Shown piece by piece: positions 9,049 to 18,633 of a DNA stretch of 32,000 nt. The position numbers were made by a program, and so were the translations under genes. Where the stretch lies: NCBI RefSeq assembly GCF_005696695.1, contig NZ_CP040006.1:1020001-1052000 (forward strand), in the 5' to 3' direction. The notes below the pieces were generated by a model. That model worked only from the letters and a program-made list of their open reading frames with translations, had not been told where the DNA came from and made no database searches. Source of the DNA: Schaalia odontolytica (GTDB lineage Bacteria; Actinomycetota; Actinomycetes; Actinomycetales; Actinomycetaceae). Numbering within the stretch: position 1 is the stretch's first letter; every line of letters starts with the position of its first letter.

Positions 9049-9570
9049 TCAGCGCCCGGCGAGCGTCAGCTCCGTCCGGTGGACGGTGAGGCGCTTGCCG
9101 ATGAGCGGGTATTCGACATCGTCTTCGCGGCCCTTCCACACGAAGCCGAGCTTTTCTGAGACCCGCCGCGAGGCGTTGTTTCCGTCGAAGTATTTCAAGA
9201 TGATCGTTTCCACGCCTAGCTCACGCGCGCGGTCGATAATGGCGTTCCCAGCCTCCGTCGCGTATCCGTTGCCCCAGTAGGGGGCGCCAATCCAGTAGCC
9301 GATGTCGGCGATTGTCGTCTCGGCGCTGGCGTTGTCGACGCGCAGCGCAATTGAGCCAACCAGCTCACCGGTCGACGTGAGCGTCACCGCGTAGCTATCG
9401 CGCACCGCGAGAAAGGTCGACAGTGCCTCGTGGGCATCGTCGATGTGCTCGTAGGGCTTCCAGCCGCACAACATTCCGATGCGGGGATCACGGGCGAGTT
9501 CAAAGAGAGCGGGTGCGTCCGCATCGCTCCAGGGACGCAAGCGCAGGCGCGGGGTGTCGATGATCGTCAT
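9049..9570 (-). CDS. GNAT N-acetyltransferase (RimJ/RimL-like, Acetyltransf_3 type)
   Basis: The sequence PRLRLRPWSDADAPALFEL...IGYWIGAPYWGNGYATEA...NNASRRVSEKLGF matches the family. ATG 9570 is preceded by AGGAGGA (rc of 9574-9580) and overlaps the kinase stop as ATGA. The longer track ORF start at 9672 lies inside the kinase gene. Confidence 0.85.
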   Translation of the reverse strand: MTIIDTPRLRLRPWSDADAPALFELARDPRIGMLCGWKPYEHIDDAHEALSTFLAVRDSYAVTLTSTGELVGSIALRVDNASAETTIADIGYWIGAPYWGNGYATEAGNAIIDRARELGVETIILKYFDGNNASRRVSEKLGFVWKGREDDVEYPLIGKRLTVHRTELTLAGR

Positions 9571-10925
9571 TTGTCCTCCTGGGTGTTTGTGGACGGGAGA
9601 AGCACCGTCAGCGTGAACCAGTGGTCTGCCACGTCCGTGACCGCCTGGCCGCCGTACTTGCGGGCCGTCCACTGGATGGATTTAACCCCCCAGCCGTGTC
9701 GAACGGTGTCGGGCTTGATCGTTGTGAGGCGCCCACCGGCGTCCGTGTTGAGGCGGCCGTCGAACCAGTTGTCGACTCGGATGACCACCATCTGCCCCTG
9801 GCGGAACAGTGCCAGTTTGATGAGGCGCTTGGCGGGGTCGTCGACGCGCCGTGAGGCCTCGATCGCGTTATCGAGGGCGTTACCGAAGAGGGTAGCGATG
9901 TCCATTGACGACATGGAACCCAGTAGGGCACCGTCAGCGACCGCCGTGAAGTTGATGCCGGCTGCCGCGCACGCACGGCCTTTCGTCGTGAGGATGACGT
10001 CGAGGACCGGATTGCCGCTGTGGTACTGCTGTCCGATCTGCTCGATCGAAGATTCGAGCTCGGCGAACGATGCGGCGGCGCGTCCGGGGTCCAGCTCCGC
10101 GCGGATCGCCTCCACCTGGTGCTTGAGATCGTGATGAGCGCGCGCCACCTGCTCCATGTCCTGCTTGGCGGCCAAGTACTGGTGGTGCTGTGCATCCAGC
10201 GATGCCTGGATGGATGCGAGTTCGCGCTCGGTCGCGCTCTGCTGGATGCGCTCGAATTGCGCGAAGAGGATCGCGTAGCCGGCCAGGTCCACGAGGGTGC
10301 GGATGTAGAAGACCTCCCAGCCGGACCTCCCAGAGAACGGGGTGGCCGTCGAGATAAAACTCAGGTTGGACAGAGCAAAGATTGACATGCCGATAAATAC
10401 GCCGGAGGCAAGGTCTGCGTAACGGAGAACGGGCAGCGCCCCCTGTCGGTAGACGCGTCGTTCGAAGAAGTAGACGACGGCCAAGCACGTCGCCGCAATC
10501 GCGGCAAAACCGCCGAACGACAGGGGATGCCAGTAGGGTTTGTCGGCGTGGGAGTAGACCACGACCTGCCAGGCGAGGGATGCTGCGAGCTCAGCCACGA
10601 TGAAGGCGCGTGCGCTCATATGCGTCACCCATCGCCAGTCCAGCGCGGTTCCCACGCGGATGACACACCACACGAGCGCGTACGCCGTCATCATGCCGGG
10701 CACCCACAGGGACAGGGGAGCGCGGCCGAGCAGTTCCTGGGCGCCGACGAGCACCACGAGGCCGCCGACGGCCGCAGCGGCGAGCCGCCAGCGGGGGACA
10801 GCAGCGTTCGGGTTCAGGGCATTGGACGACGCCGAGCGCGCGACGACAAAGACGTACACGAGAGCGGCGCCCCACTCCGCGAGGGCGGTGAACAGGCGCG
10901 GGATGTCCGGCAGGGACTCGAACAC
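9567..10925 (-). CDS. AgrC/HPK10-type membrane sensor histidine kinase (GHKL domain)
   Basis: About 6-7 N-terminal TM segments are followed by an H-box-like AHHDLKHQVEAI, an N-box LFGNALDNAIEA and a G-box HGWGVKSI. The start is GTG, 1 nt after the response regulator stop. Confidence 0.8.
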   Translation of the reverse strand: MFESLPDIPRLFTALAEWGAALVYVFVVARSASSNALNPNAAVPRWRLAAAAVGGLVVLVGAQELLGRAPLSLWVPGMMTAYALVWCVIRVGTALDWRWVTHMSARAFIVAELAASLAWQVVVYSHADKPYWHPLSFGGFAAIAATCLAVVYFFERRVYRQGALPVLRYADLASGVFIGMSIFALSNLSFISTATPFSGRSGWEVFYIRTLVDLAGYAILFAQFERIQQSATERELASIQASLDAQHHQYLAAKQDMEQVARAHHDLKHQVEAIRAELDPGRAAASFAELESSIEQIGQQYHSGNPVLDVILTTKGRACAAAGINFTAVADGALLGSMSSMDIATLFGNALDNAIEASRRVDDPAKRLIKLALFRQGQMVVIRVDNWFDGRLNTDAGGRLTTIKPDTVRHGWGVKSIQWTARKYGGQAVTDVADHWFTLTVLLPSTNTQEDK

Positions 10926-10926
10926 G

Positions 10927-11637
10927 TCAGTGGATCCCGCCCGCGAAGCTCGCCAGAGCCGTCATGAACGCCTTCTTACGAGGCCGGGAAATGCGTAAGC
11001 TGTCCCCTCCCGTCATGAGGCACTCCTGGTCGGCGACACCGCGCACGTGGGCGAGATTAACGAGGTAGCACGAATTTGAACGGAAAAAGTCGTGACCGGC
11101 GAGCTGTTCCTCCATGGCCTTCAGTGAGGAAGTGATCGAGTAGGTGTCGGAAACCGTGTGCACATCCAGGCGGTGCTTAATCGACTCCACGTAGACGATG
11201 TCCGCGACGTCGATGCGGTGGGTCGACGTGCCCGACTGCAGGAGGACCGAGGCGCCGCGCCGCTTGGCGACGGCCTCGAGGCACCGCGACAGTTCCTGCG
11301 AGAACGCGAACCAGGGCAGCGGCTTCATCAAGTAGGAGAGTGCCCCCACCTGATAGCCGTGGATCGCGAACTGCGCGGCTGACGTGATGAACACGAGGAC
11401 GACCTCCTGATCGACCTCGCGGATCGCGCGCGCCGCGGTCATGCCGTCCACGTGGGTCATCTGGATGTCCATGAGGATGATGTCGTACACCGGCTTGTAG
11501 TCACCGATGATGGCTCCGCCGTCCTCGAAATAGGTGACGTCGAAGGAGACATCGTTTTCCTCGCTGTAGCGCGCGAGGTAGTCGGCGAGGAGCTGGCGTG
11601 AGACGGCCTCGTCCTCGACGACGGCGATGCGCACCAT
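10927..11637 (-). CDS. LytTR-family response regulator
   Basis: The receiver domain has VVEDE, IILMDIQM and YLMKP. The C-terminal LytTR domain has IVYVESIKHRLDVHT...FFRSNSCYLVNLAHV. A GGGAGG Shine-Dalgarno lies upstream of ATG 11637. Confidence 0.9.
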   Translation of the reverse strand: MVRIAVVEDEAVSRQLLADYLARYSEENDVSFDVTYFEDGGAIIGDYKPVYDIILMDIQMTHVDGMTAARAIREVDQEVVLVFITSAAQFAIHGYQVGALSYLMKPLPWFAFSQELSRCLEAVAKRRGASVLLQSGTSTHRIDVADIVYVESIKHRLDVHTVSDTYSITSSLKAMEEQLAGHDFFRSNSCYLVNLAHVRGVADQECLMTGGDSLRISRPRKKAFMTALASFAGGIH

Positions 11638-11786
11638 GATCCGGCCCTCCCTGACCTACCGACAGATGCCAACAAGGATATGCGAGCGCAGCCCCGCCCT
11701 CCGCGCAAGTCCACACCCCGGCCTCGTCGATCACATGTCAGCGCACCTGCAGGTGGGGGCCGCTACCATTGTCCTGACTACCGTGA

Positions 11787-12941
<1,155 letters not shown>

Positions 12942-12957
12942 CGGGTTTCCTCTTCAC

Positions 12958-13896
12958 ATGGCGTCGATTCTTTGGTCGGTCCTCTCGATCGCCCTCATCA
13001 TCGGCGTCGGTTGGGTTGCTCGTCGCGCGGGTGCGCTCGGTCCCGAGGCGGCGGGTTCCCTTGCGTCGGTGACGTACTGGGTGGCGTCCCCGGCAATGCT
13101 CTTCCATGCGATCGTCTCAACGGGGACGTCTGGCGTATTCGGGGCTCCGCTCGCCGTGGCCGCAGCATCGGGCGTGGGAACCGCACTCATTTTCGCCCTG
13201 GTTGCACGCTTTTTCCTGCGCTTGACACGCGGGGAGATCGCCTTGGGGGCCATGGCCTCGTCCCTCAATAATGGCGCGTATATCGGCATCCCGATCGCCG
13301 TCTACGTGCTGGGGGATGCTTCTGCGGTCGTGCCCATCCTGGTGTTTCAGCTCGGTTTTTTCACGCCGATGTTCTTCGTGTTGGCGGATCTGGCCGGCTC
13401 CGGCCAGCGCCCGTCTGTGAGCGGCATCGCGACGGTCATCGCGCGCAACCCCATGGTCATTGCGGCTGGGTGTGGATTTCTGTTTTCCGCTGTGGGGTGG
13501 CCGATGCCGACACTCCTCGACGTGTCGACGTCCATGCTGGGAGCTGCCGCGCCCCCGATGATTCTTCTGTCCTTCGGTGCCTCGCTCGTGGACCGCCGGT
13601 CGGCGTCTGGGAATTCGGGTATTGCGGCGACCGTCTTCGCCGTCGTTGGCAAGCTCGCCCTTCAGCCCGCAATCGCGTGCGGCGTCGGGATGCTCCTCGG
13701 GTTGAGCGGTCCAGCTCTCATGTCGGTGACCATCATGGCGGCGCTGCCCTCGGCGCAAAACGCGTACATCGCGGCCACGCGTGCCAAGGCGGGGGAGCGC
13801 ATCGCACAGGGAACGGTCCTCGTGACGACCTTCGCATCGCTGCCCGTCGTCGTTGGAATTGCGGCGATTTTTCATGCGTGTGGGGTCGTTTCCTAA
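12958..13896 (+). CDS. AEC (auxin efflux carrier) family permease
   Basis: This is a polytopic membrane protein whose N-terminal ILWSVLSIALIIGVGWVARR and overall layout are typical of the Mem_trans family. Track ORF 12688..13896 begins inside glf in another frame, so I use ATG 12958. No obvious Shine-Dalgarno is present. Confidence 0.7.
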   Translation: MASILWSVLSIALIIGVGWVARRAGALGPEAAGSLASVTYWVASPAMLFHAIVSTGTSGVFGAPLAVAAASGVGTALIFALVARFFLRLTRGEIALGAMASSLNNGAYIGIPIAVYVLGDASAVVPILVFQLGFFTPMFFVLADLAGSGQRPSVSGIATVIARNPMVIAAGCGFLFSAVGWPMPTLLDVSTSMLGAAAPPMILLSFGASLVDRRSASGNSGIAATVFAVVGKLALQPAIACGVGMLLGLSGPALMSVTIMAALPSAQNAYIAATRAKAGERIAQGTVLVTTFASLPVVVGIAAIFHACGVVS

Positions 13897-14001
13897 CTGG
13901 GGTTTGTCGGCATAGGCCCTGTTTTTCGAGTGCCCGAGCGAAGCCCGTCCGGCAAAAGTTTCGTCAAAAAGAGGCCAAAAACACGTTCTGTATCGTGGAC
14001 T

Positions 14002-14051
14002 CTGGGAGACTTCCCGGTGTATCGGCCCTAGTCTGGCTGGGAATTATCCCG
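14002..14051 (+). promoter_or_regulatory. Two copies of CTGGGA-N4-TCCCG flanking a TAGTCT -10-like hexamer (candidate operator/promoter of the NSS transporter operon)
   Basis: CTGGGAGACTTCCCG is at 14002-14016 and CTGGGAATTATCCCG is at 14037-14051. TAGTCT at 14029-14034 fits TANNNT. The second copy ends 30 nt before ATG 14081. Confidence 0.35.
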
Positions 14052-14080
14052 TATAGACACGATTGCAAGGAACTCACTTC

Positions 14081-15667
14081 ATGTCATCCTCCGCATCCAA
14101 ATCCGCGCCCCGCGCGCGTGACTCGTGGAGCGGCCAGACAGGCTTCCTCCTGGCAGCCATCGGCTCGGCCATCGGCCTGGGCAACATCTGGCGTTTCCCC
14201 GGCGTCTCCTACTCCAACGGCGGCGGCGCCTTCCTGGTCCCGTACCTGGTTGCCCTGATCTTCGTCGGCATCCCCATGCTGTGGCTCGACTATGCGGTCG
14301 GCCACAAGTTCCGCGGTTCACCGCCGTGGGCGCTGCGCAAGATCCTCGGAGGCGGCGAGTTCATCGGCTGGTTCCAGACCTTCGTCTGCTTCGTCATCAT
14401 GGTCTACTACGGCGCCGTCCTCGCGTGGGGCGTGCAGTATACGATCTACTCCGTGAACGAGGCCTGGGGCGCCGACCCGACGACGTTCTTCCTGGAGTCC
14501 TTCCTTGAGAAGGTTCCTGGCGACACCTTCTCGTGGGCCCCTGCATGGGCCGTCATGATCCCGCTTGCTCTCGTGTGGGTTCTCGTGCTCTTCGTCATCG
14601 GTCGCGGCCTGTCCAAGGGCGTCGAGGCTGCGAACAAGGTCTTCCTGCCGCTCCTCGTCATCCTCTTCCTCGCGCTCGTCGTCCGAGCACTCTTCCTGCC
14701 GGGCGCCGTCGAAGGCCTCAACGCCTTCTTCACCCCGAACTGGAGCGCTCTGGCCGACCCCAACGTGTGGCTGGCTGCCTTCGCGCAGATCTTCTACTCG
14801 CTGTCCGTGGGCTTCGGCATCATGCTGACCTACGCCTCCTACCTGAAGCCCAAGTCGAACCTGACGGGCACGGCTCTGGTCGCCGGCTTTGCGAACTCGT
14901 CCTTCGAGATCCTCGCGGGCATTGGCGTCTTCAGCGCCATCGGCTTCATGGCGCACCAGGACGGCGTGAGCGTCTCCAAGGTTGAGGGCCTGACTGGCCC
15001 GATCCTCTCCTTCGTGACCTTCCCGAAGATCATTTCGATGATGCCCGGTGGGCCTCTCTTCGGCGTGCTCTTCTTCTCGTCCCTCGTTCTGGCCGGTGTC
15101 ACCTCGCTGCTCTCCCTGCTTCAGGTCGTCTCCGGTGGCCTGCAGGACAAGTTCGGCTGGTCGCCCGCCCGCTCGGCGCTGGTCCTCGGTGTGCCCGCGA
15201 CCGTCATTTCCCTGGTGCTCTTCGGCACCCGATCGGGCCTGAACAACCTCGACATCGTCGACAACTTCATCAACTCGGTTGGCGTCGTGTCCTCGGCGAT
15301 CCTGTTCGCTGTGCTGTGCGCAGTCGCTGGCCCCCGCCTCGGGGTGCTCCGTGCACACATCAATTCGGTGTCCAGCGTGAAGGTCCCCAAGCTCTGGGAG
15401 CCCCTCGTTGGCATCGTCATCCCGGTCGTCCTCTTCGTTATGATGGCGATGTCGATCGTGCAGGTCCTGCAGAAGGGCTACGAGGGCTACCCCAGCAGCT
15501 ACGTGCTGATCTTCGGCTGGGGCTCCGTGGCGATTGCTGTTGTTGCGTCCCTGATTTTCACGTTCATCCCGTGGAAACACCGTCCGCTGGACACCCACGC
15601 GGCGGTCGCCCAGATCCTCGCTGACGACGCCGAAGACACCGCTTCGATCGAAGGAGGCGCCAAGTGA
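14081..15667 (+). CDS. metP: Sodium-dependent NSS (SNF) family transporter, MetP-like
   Basis: The NSS signature is LAAIGSAIGLGNIWRFPGVSY, with about 11-12 TM segments. ATG 14081 has AAGG 11 nt upstream. It is followed by an overlapping MetS-like small membrane ORF. The symbol rests on analogy with Corynebacterium MetPS only. Confidence 0.8.
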   Translation: MSSSASKSAPRARDSWSGQTGFLLAAIGSAIGLGNIWRFPGVSYSNGGGAFLVPYLVALIFVGIPMLWLDYAVGHKFRGSPPWALRKILGGGEFIGWFQTFVCFVIMVYYGAVLAWGVQYTIYSVNEAWGADPTTFFLESFLEKVPGDTFSWAPAWAVMIPLALVWVLVLFVIGRGLSKGVEAANKVFLPLLVILFLALVVRALFLPGAVEGLNAFFTPNWSALADPNVWLAAFAQIFYSLSVGFGIMLTYASYLKPKSNLTGTALVAGFANSSFEILAGIGVFSAIGFMAHQDGVSVSKVEGLTGPILSFVTFPKIISMMPGGPLFGVLFFSSLVLAGVTSLLSLLQVVSGGLQDKFGWSPARSALVLGVPATVISLVLFGTRSGLNNLDIVDNFINSVGVVSSAILFAVLCAVAGPRLGVLRAHINSVSSVKVPKLWEPLVGIVIPVVLFVMMAMSIVQVLQKGYEGYPSSYVLIFGWGSVAIAVVASLIFTFIPWKHRPLDTHAAVAQILADDAEDTASIEGGAK

Positions 15668-15825
15668 CCGCTCCCGCTATCGCTCTCATGGTTTTGACGA
15701 TCCTGCTCGTGTGGGGTGGCCTCGTCGCGTCCGTCGTGCTGCTGCAGGTCCTCTCGGTGCCCACCGATGAAGAGACCGAGGCCGCGCAGCGCGCTATCGA
15801 AGCCGCGGAAGCTGCAAAGCAGTAG
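15664..15825 (+). CDS. metS: NSS-transporter small subunit (MetS-like), 53 aa, absent from the ORF track
   Basis: GTG 15664 overlaps the transporter stop as GTGA. My translation is MTAPAIALMVLTILLVWGGLVASVVLLQVLSVPTDEETEAAQRAIEAAEAAKQ. It has one TM helix with a VWGGL core and an acidic tail, and codon third positions are GC-rich like the neighbouring genes. Confidence 0.65.
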   Translation: MTAPAIALMVLTILLVWGGLVASVVLLQVLSVPTDEETEAAQRAIEAAEAAKQ

Positions 15826-15834
15826 GGTGGCATC

Positions 15835-16581
15835 GTGAAGCTCGTTGCCTTCGATCTCGATGACACCCTGGCGCCCTCGAAGTCGCCGCTGCCGGCCCGC
15901 ATGGACGTCGCTCTGCGGTCCCTGCTGGACCACGTGGAGGTGTGCATCATCTCCGGCGGCCAGATGGGCCAGTTCCGCACCCAGGTGCTGGACAACCTGC
16001 ACGCCACGGACGAGGAACTCTCTCGCCTACACCTGATGCCCACCTGCGGCACGCGCTACTACCGCTATGAGGATGGGGCCTGGGTCGAGCGTTACGCGCA
16101 CGACCTGGATCCCGAGGTTGCCGCACGCGCGATCGCCTCGCTCGAGCGTCACGCCCGTGAGCTCGGCCTGTGGGAGTCCAACCCGTGGGGCAACATCATC
16201 GAGGACCGTGGCTCGCAGATTACCTTCTCCGCTCTGGGCCAGGAGGCTCCGCTCGACGCTAAGCGCGCCTGGGACCCGGACGGCACCAAGAAGGCCGCTC
16301 TGCGCGATGCCGTGCAGCCCGACGTGCCCGAGCTCGATGTTCGTGGCGGTGGCTCGACCTCGGTCGACATCACCACCCGTGGCATCGACAAGGCGTTCGG
16401 CATGGGCAAGCTCGTCGAGGAGACGGGCATCCCCGCTTCCGAGATGCTCTTCGTTGGCGACCGCCTGGATCCGGAAGGCAATGACTACCCCGTCAAGGCC
16501 GCCGGCTACGCGACGCGTGCCGTGTCCGGATGGGAAGAATGCGTGGACGTCATCGACGAGATCGTGGCATCCATGAGCTGA
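15835..16581 (+). CDS. HAD-IIB hydrolase (phosphomannomutase-like fold)
   Basis: Motif I is VAFDLDDTL, followed by ISGGQ, a Lys context in RGIDKAFG, and motif IV FVGDRLDPEGNDYP. The start is GTG, 9 nt after the small ORF stop. Confidence 0.8.
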   Translation: MKLVAFDLDDTLAPSKSPLPARMDVALRSLLDHVEVCIISGGQMGQFRTQVLDNLHATDEELSRLHLMPTCGTRYYRYEDGAWVERYAHDLDPEVAARAIASLERHARELGLWESNPWGNIIEDRGSQITFSALGQEAPLDAKRAWDPDGTKKAALRDAVQPDVPELDVRGGGSTSVDITTRGIDKAFGMGKLVEETGIPASEMLFVGDRLDPEGNDYPVKAAGYATRAVSGWEECVDVIDEIVASMS

Positions 16582-16600
16582 CACGTCGCAGCAAACGCTG

Positions 16601-16636
16601 ACGAGGCCGGGGCTGGGTATCCAGCTCCGGCCTCGT
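16601..16636. terminator. Hairpin between convergent HAD-IIB and trmH-family genes
   Basis: ACGAGGCCGGGGCTGG (16601-16616) pairs with CCAGCTCCGGCCTCGT (16621-16636). The 16-bp stem has one mismatch and a GTAT loop, and is followed by TGTGTG. Confidence 0.6.
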
Positions 16637-16668
16637 TGTGTGCGGCTGCGGCGCAATGCGGTGACGCG

Positions 16669-17541
16669 TTACTGCGCGCCGACGCCCCTGGTGGCCCAAA
16701 ATACGACGGCGGATGCGGCTGCGACGTTGAGCGAGTCGACCCCGTGGTCCATGGGGATTTTGACGGTGTAGTCGGAGGCAGCGATGGTGCGCCGTCCCAG
16801 GCCGTCGCCTTCGGTGCCCATCACCATTGCGAGGCGGGCGTCCGGCCCCTGGAGGGCGGGCAGTGCGGCGAAGTCGTCGAGGGACACCGAATCGTCCGAC
16901 AGAGCCAGCGATGCGACGGTGAAGCCAGCCTCCTGGAGGGTGACGATGTCGCCTGGCCAGGACTCGAGGCGGGTCCACGGCACCTGGAAGACGGTCCCCA
17001 TGGAGACGCGCACGGATCGTCGGTAGAGGGGATCAGCGCACTGTGGGGTCACGAGGACAGCGTCGACGCCGAGCGCGGCGGCGCTACGGAATGCAGCGCC
17101 CACATTCGTGTGGTCGACGAGGTTCTCCAGGACGACGACGCGACGCGCCGGGGCGCCGCCCCGAGCAGTTGCGAGCAGGTCTGCGAGGGTCGGCAGGACG
17201 GGGCGCTGCATGGCGGCCAAGGCACCGCGATGCAGGTGGAAGCCGGTCATCTGCTCCAACACGTCCTCGTCGGCGACGAAGATCGGAATGTCCGCGCCGT
17301 CGGGGCCACCTGTTGCCACCTCGATGAGGTCGGTGAGGGTCGGTAGCCAGCGCTTCGACATGAGGAACGAGCGCGGGCTGTGGCCGGCGCGGATTGCGCG
17401 TTCGATGACGTTCGCGGACTCGGCCATGTACAGGCCGCGTTCCGGTTCGATTTTGGAACGAAGTTTGACGTCTTTCAGGCGCGTGTAGTCGTCCAGGCGC
17501 GAATCTGCTGCCAGGTCCGCGCTGGTGAGCTCGATAATCAC
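16669..17541 (-). CDS. TrmH/SpoU-family RNA 2'-O-methyltransferase
   Basis: SpoU motifs are present: LENLVDHTNVGAAFRSAAALG, MVMGTEGDGL and IPMDHGVDSLNVAAASAVV. The start is GTG, 9 nt after the pyrD stop. Confidence 0.85.
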   Translation of the reverse strand: MIIELTSADLAADSRLDDYTRLKDVKLRSKIEPERGLYMAESANVIERAIRAGHSPRSFLMSKRWLPTLTDLIEVATGGPDGADIPIFVADEDVLEQMTGFHLHRGALAAMQRPVLPTLADLLATARGGAPARRVVVLENLVDHTNVGAAFRSAAALGVDAVLVTPQCADPLYRRSVRVSMGTVFQVPWTRLESWPGDIVTLQEAGFTVASLALSDDSVSLDDFAALPALQGPDARLAMVMGTEGDGLGRRTIAASDYTVKIPMDHGVDSLNVAAASAVVFWATRGVGAQ

Positions 17542-17550
17542 GGCGGTCCC

Positions 17551-18615
17551 TTACGCGCGCTGGAGGGCGCGCGATACCTCGCCCGGCCAGGACGGGCCCT
17601 CGAAGATGAAGGCAGAGAACGCCTCGACCAGGTCGGCGCCCGCGCTGATCATGCGCAGCGCATCCTCGGGCGAGGAGATGCCACCCGTGCCGATGAGTAT
17701 CTGGTCGTCGTCGAGATGACGTGCCACCAGGGAGACGACCTCCAGCGCACGGGGCAGAAGCGGAGCGCCGGAGACGCCGCCCTCGCCCAGGTCGTGGTTG
17801 ATCGTCGTGTTCGTGGCGACGACACCCGCCAGGCCGAGCTCCTTCGTCAGCTCGACGACGGCGACGATGTCCTCGTCGGCCAAATCGGGAGCGATCTTGA
17901 CGAAGAGCGGCATGGTGCGATCGGGGGCACCTGCCTCGCAGCCGCGGCGAGCGGCCTGCAGGATCGGGCGCAGGTGATCGACGGACTGCAGATCGCGCAG
18001 GCCGGGCGTGTTGGGGGAGGAGACGTTCACGACGACAAAGTCCACCCAGTGGGCGAGTGTCTTGGCGCAGTACTCGTAGTCGGCGGGGGCGTCCGCCTCA
18101 GATGTCACTTTGTTCTTGCCGATGTTGGCACCGACGATTGCAGCGCGGCCCGCAGGGGTCGAGCGCAGCTCGCGCAGCTTCTCGGCGGCGGCATCTGCTC
18201 CGGCATTGTTGAAGCCCATGCGGTTACGCAGGCCGCGTTCCTCCATGAGGCGCCACAGGCGCGGCGCGTCGTTGCCGGGCTGGGGACGAGGAGTCACGGT
18301 ACCGATCTCGACGAAGGCGTAGCCGAGGGCGCACATGCCGAGCACTGCCTCGGCATCCTTGTCCATGCCGGCTGCCAGACCGAGGCGGGACGGGAGGCGA
18401 CGTTCACCCAGGGTCAGGGGGACCTCGACGCCGCCAACCATTCGCGTGGGGGAGTGCGTCGGATCGAGGTAGCCCAGCGTGGCACGCATGAGTCCACGCG
18501 TCGGCGCGAATCGTCCAGCCAAGGAAATTGCTCCCAGACCCCAGTGGTGTGCATCCTCCGGGTTGGAACGCGAGATGAAGTGTGTGAAAGCCCAGTTGTA
18601 CGCGCGTCGGATCAT
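17551..18615 (-). CDS. pyrD: Dihydroorotate dehydrogenase (quinone), class 2
   Basis: The protein has an N-terminal membrane-associated extension, followed by GLAAGMDKD, FVEIGTVTP, RMGFNNAG, VNVSSPNTPGLR, ATNTT and GTGGISS. Confidence 0.93.
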   Translation of the reverse strand: MIRRAYNWAFTHFISRSNPEDAHHWGLGAISLAGRFAPTRGLMRATLGYLDPTHSPTRMVGGVEVPLTLGERRLPSRLGLAAGMDKDAEAVLGMCALGYAFVEIGTVTPRPQPGNDAPRLWRLMEERGLRNRMGFNNAGADAAAEKLRELRSTPAGRAAIVGANIGKNKVTSEADAPADYEYCAKTLAHWVDFVVVNVSSPNTPGLRDLQSVDHLRPILQAARRGCEAGAPDRTMPLFVKIAPDLADEDIVAVVELTKELGLAGVVATNTTINHDLGEGGVSGAPLLPRALEVVSLVARHLDDDQILIGTGGISSPEDALRMISAGADLVEAFSAFIFEGPSWPGEVSRALQRA

Positions 18616-18633
18616 GTTTCCTAGGATAGTTGA

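Noticed and set aside
13928-13955. Resemblance of GAGUGCC-CGAGCG-AAGCCC-GUCCGGCAA to the 5' core of SAM-IV riboswitches, upstream of a putative methionine importer
   Set aside because: Only short fragments match my memory of the consensus. The expected P1 closing helix, the pseudoknot partner and the GC-rich P3 are not present, and the following sequence is A-rich. This needs cmscan, so I do not call it.
14318-15598. A 426-aa ORF antisense to the NSS transporter
   Set aside because: The sequence is highly charged and repetitive in Asp, Glu, Arg and Gly, and is implausible as a protein. The sense strand carries the NSS signature.
17380-18624. A 414-aa ORF antisense to pyrD and the trmH-family gene
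   Set aside because: It spans two well-supported minus-strand genes, has no motifs, and fits the high-GC artefact.
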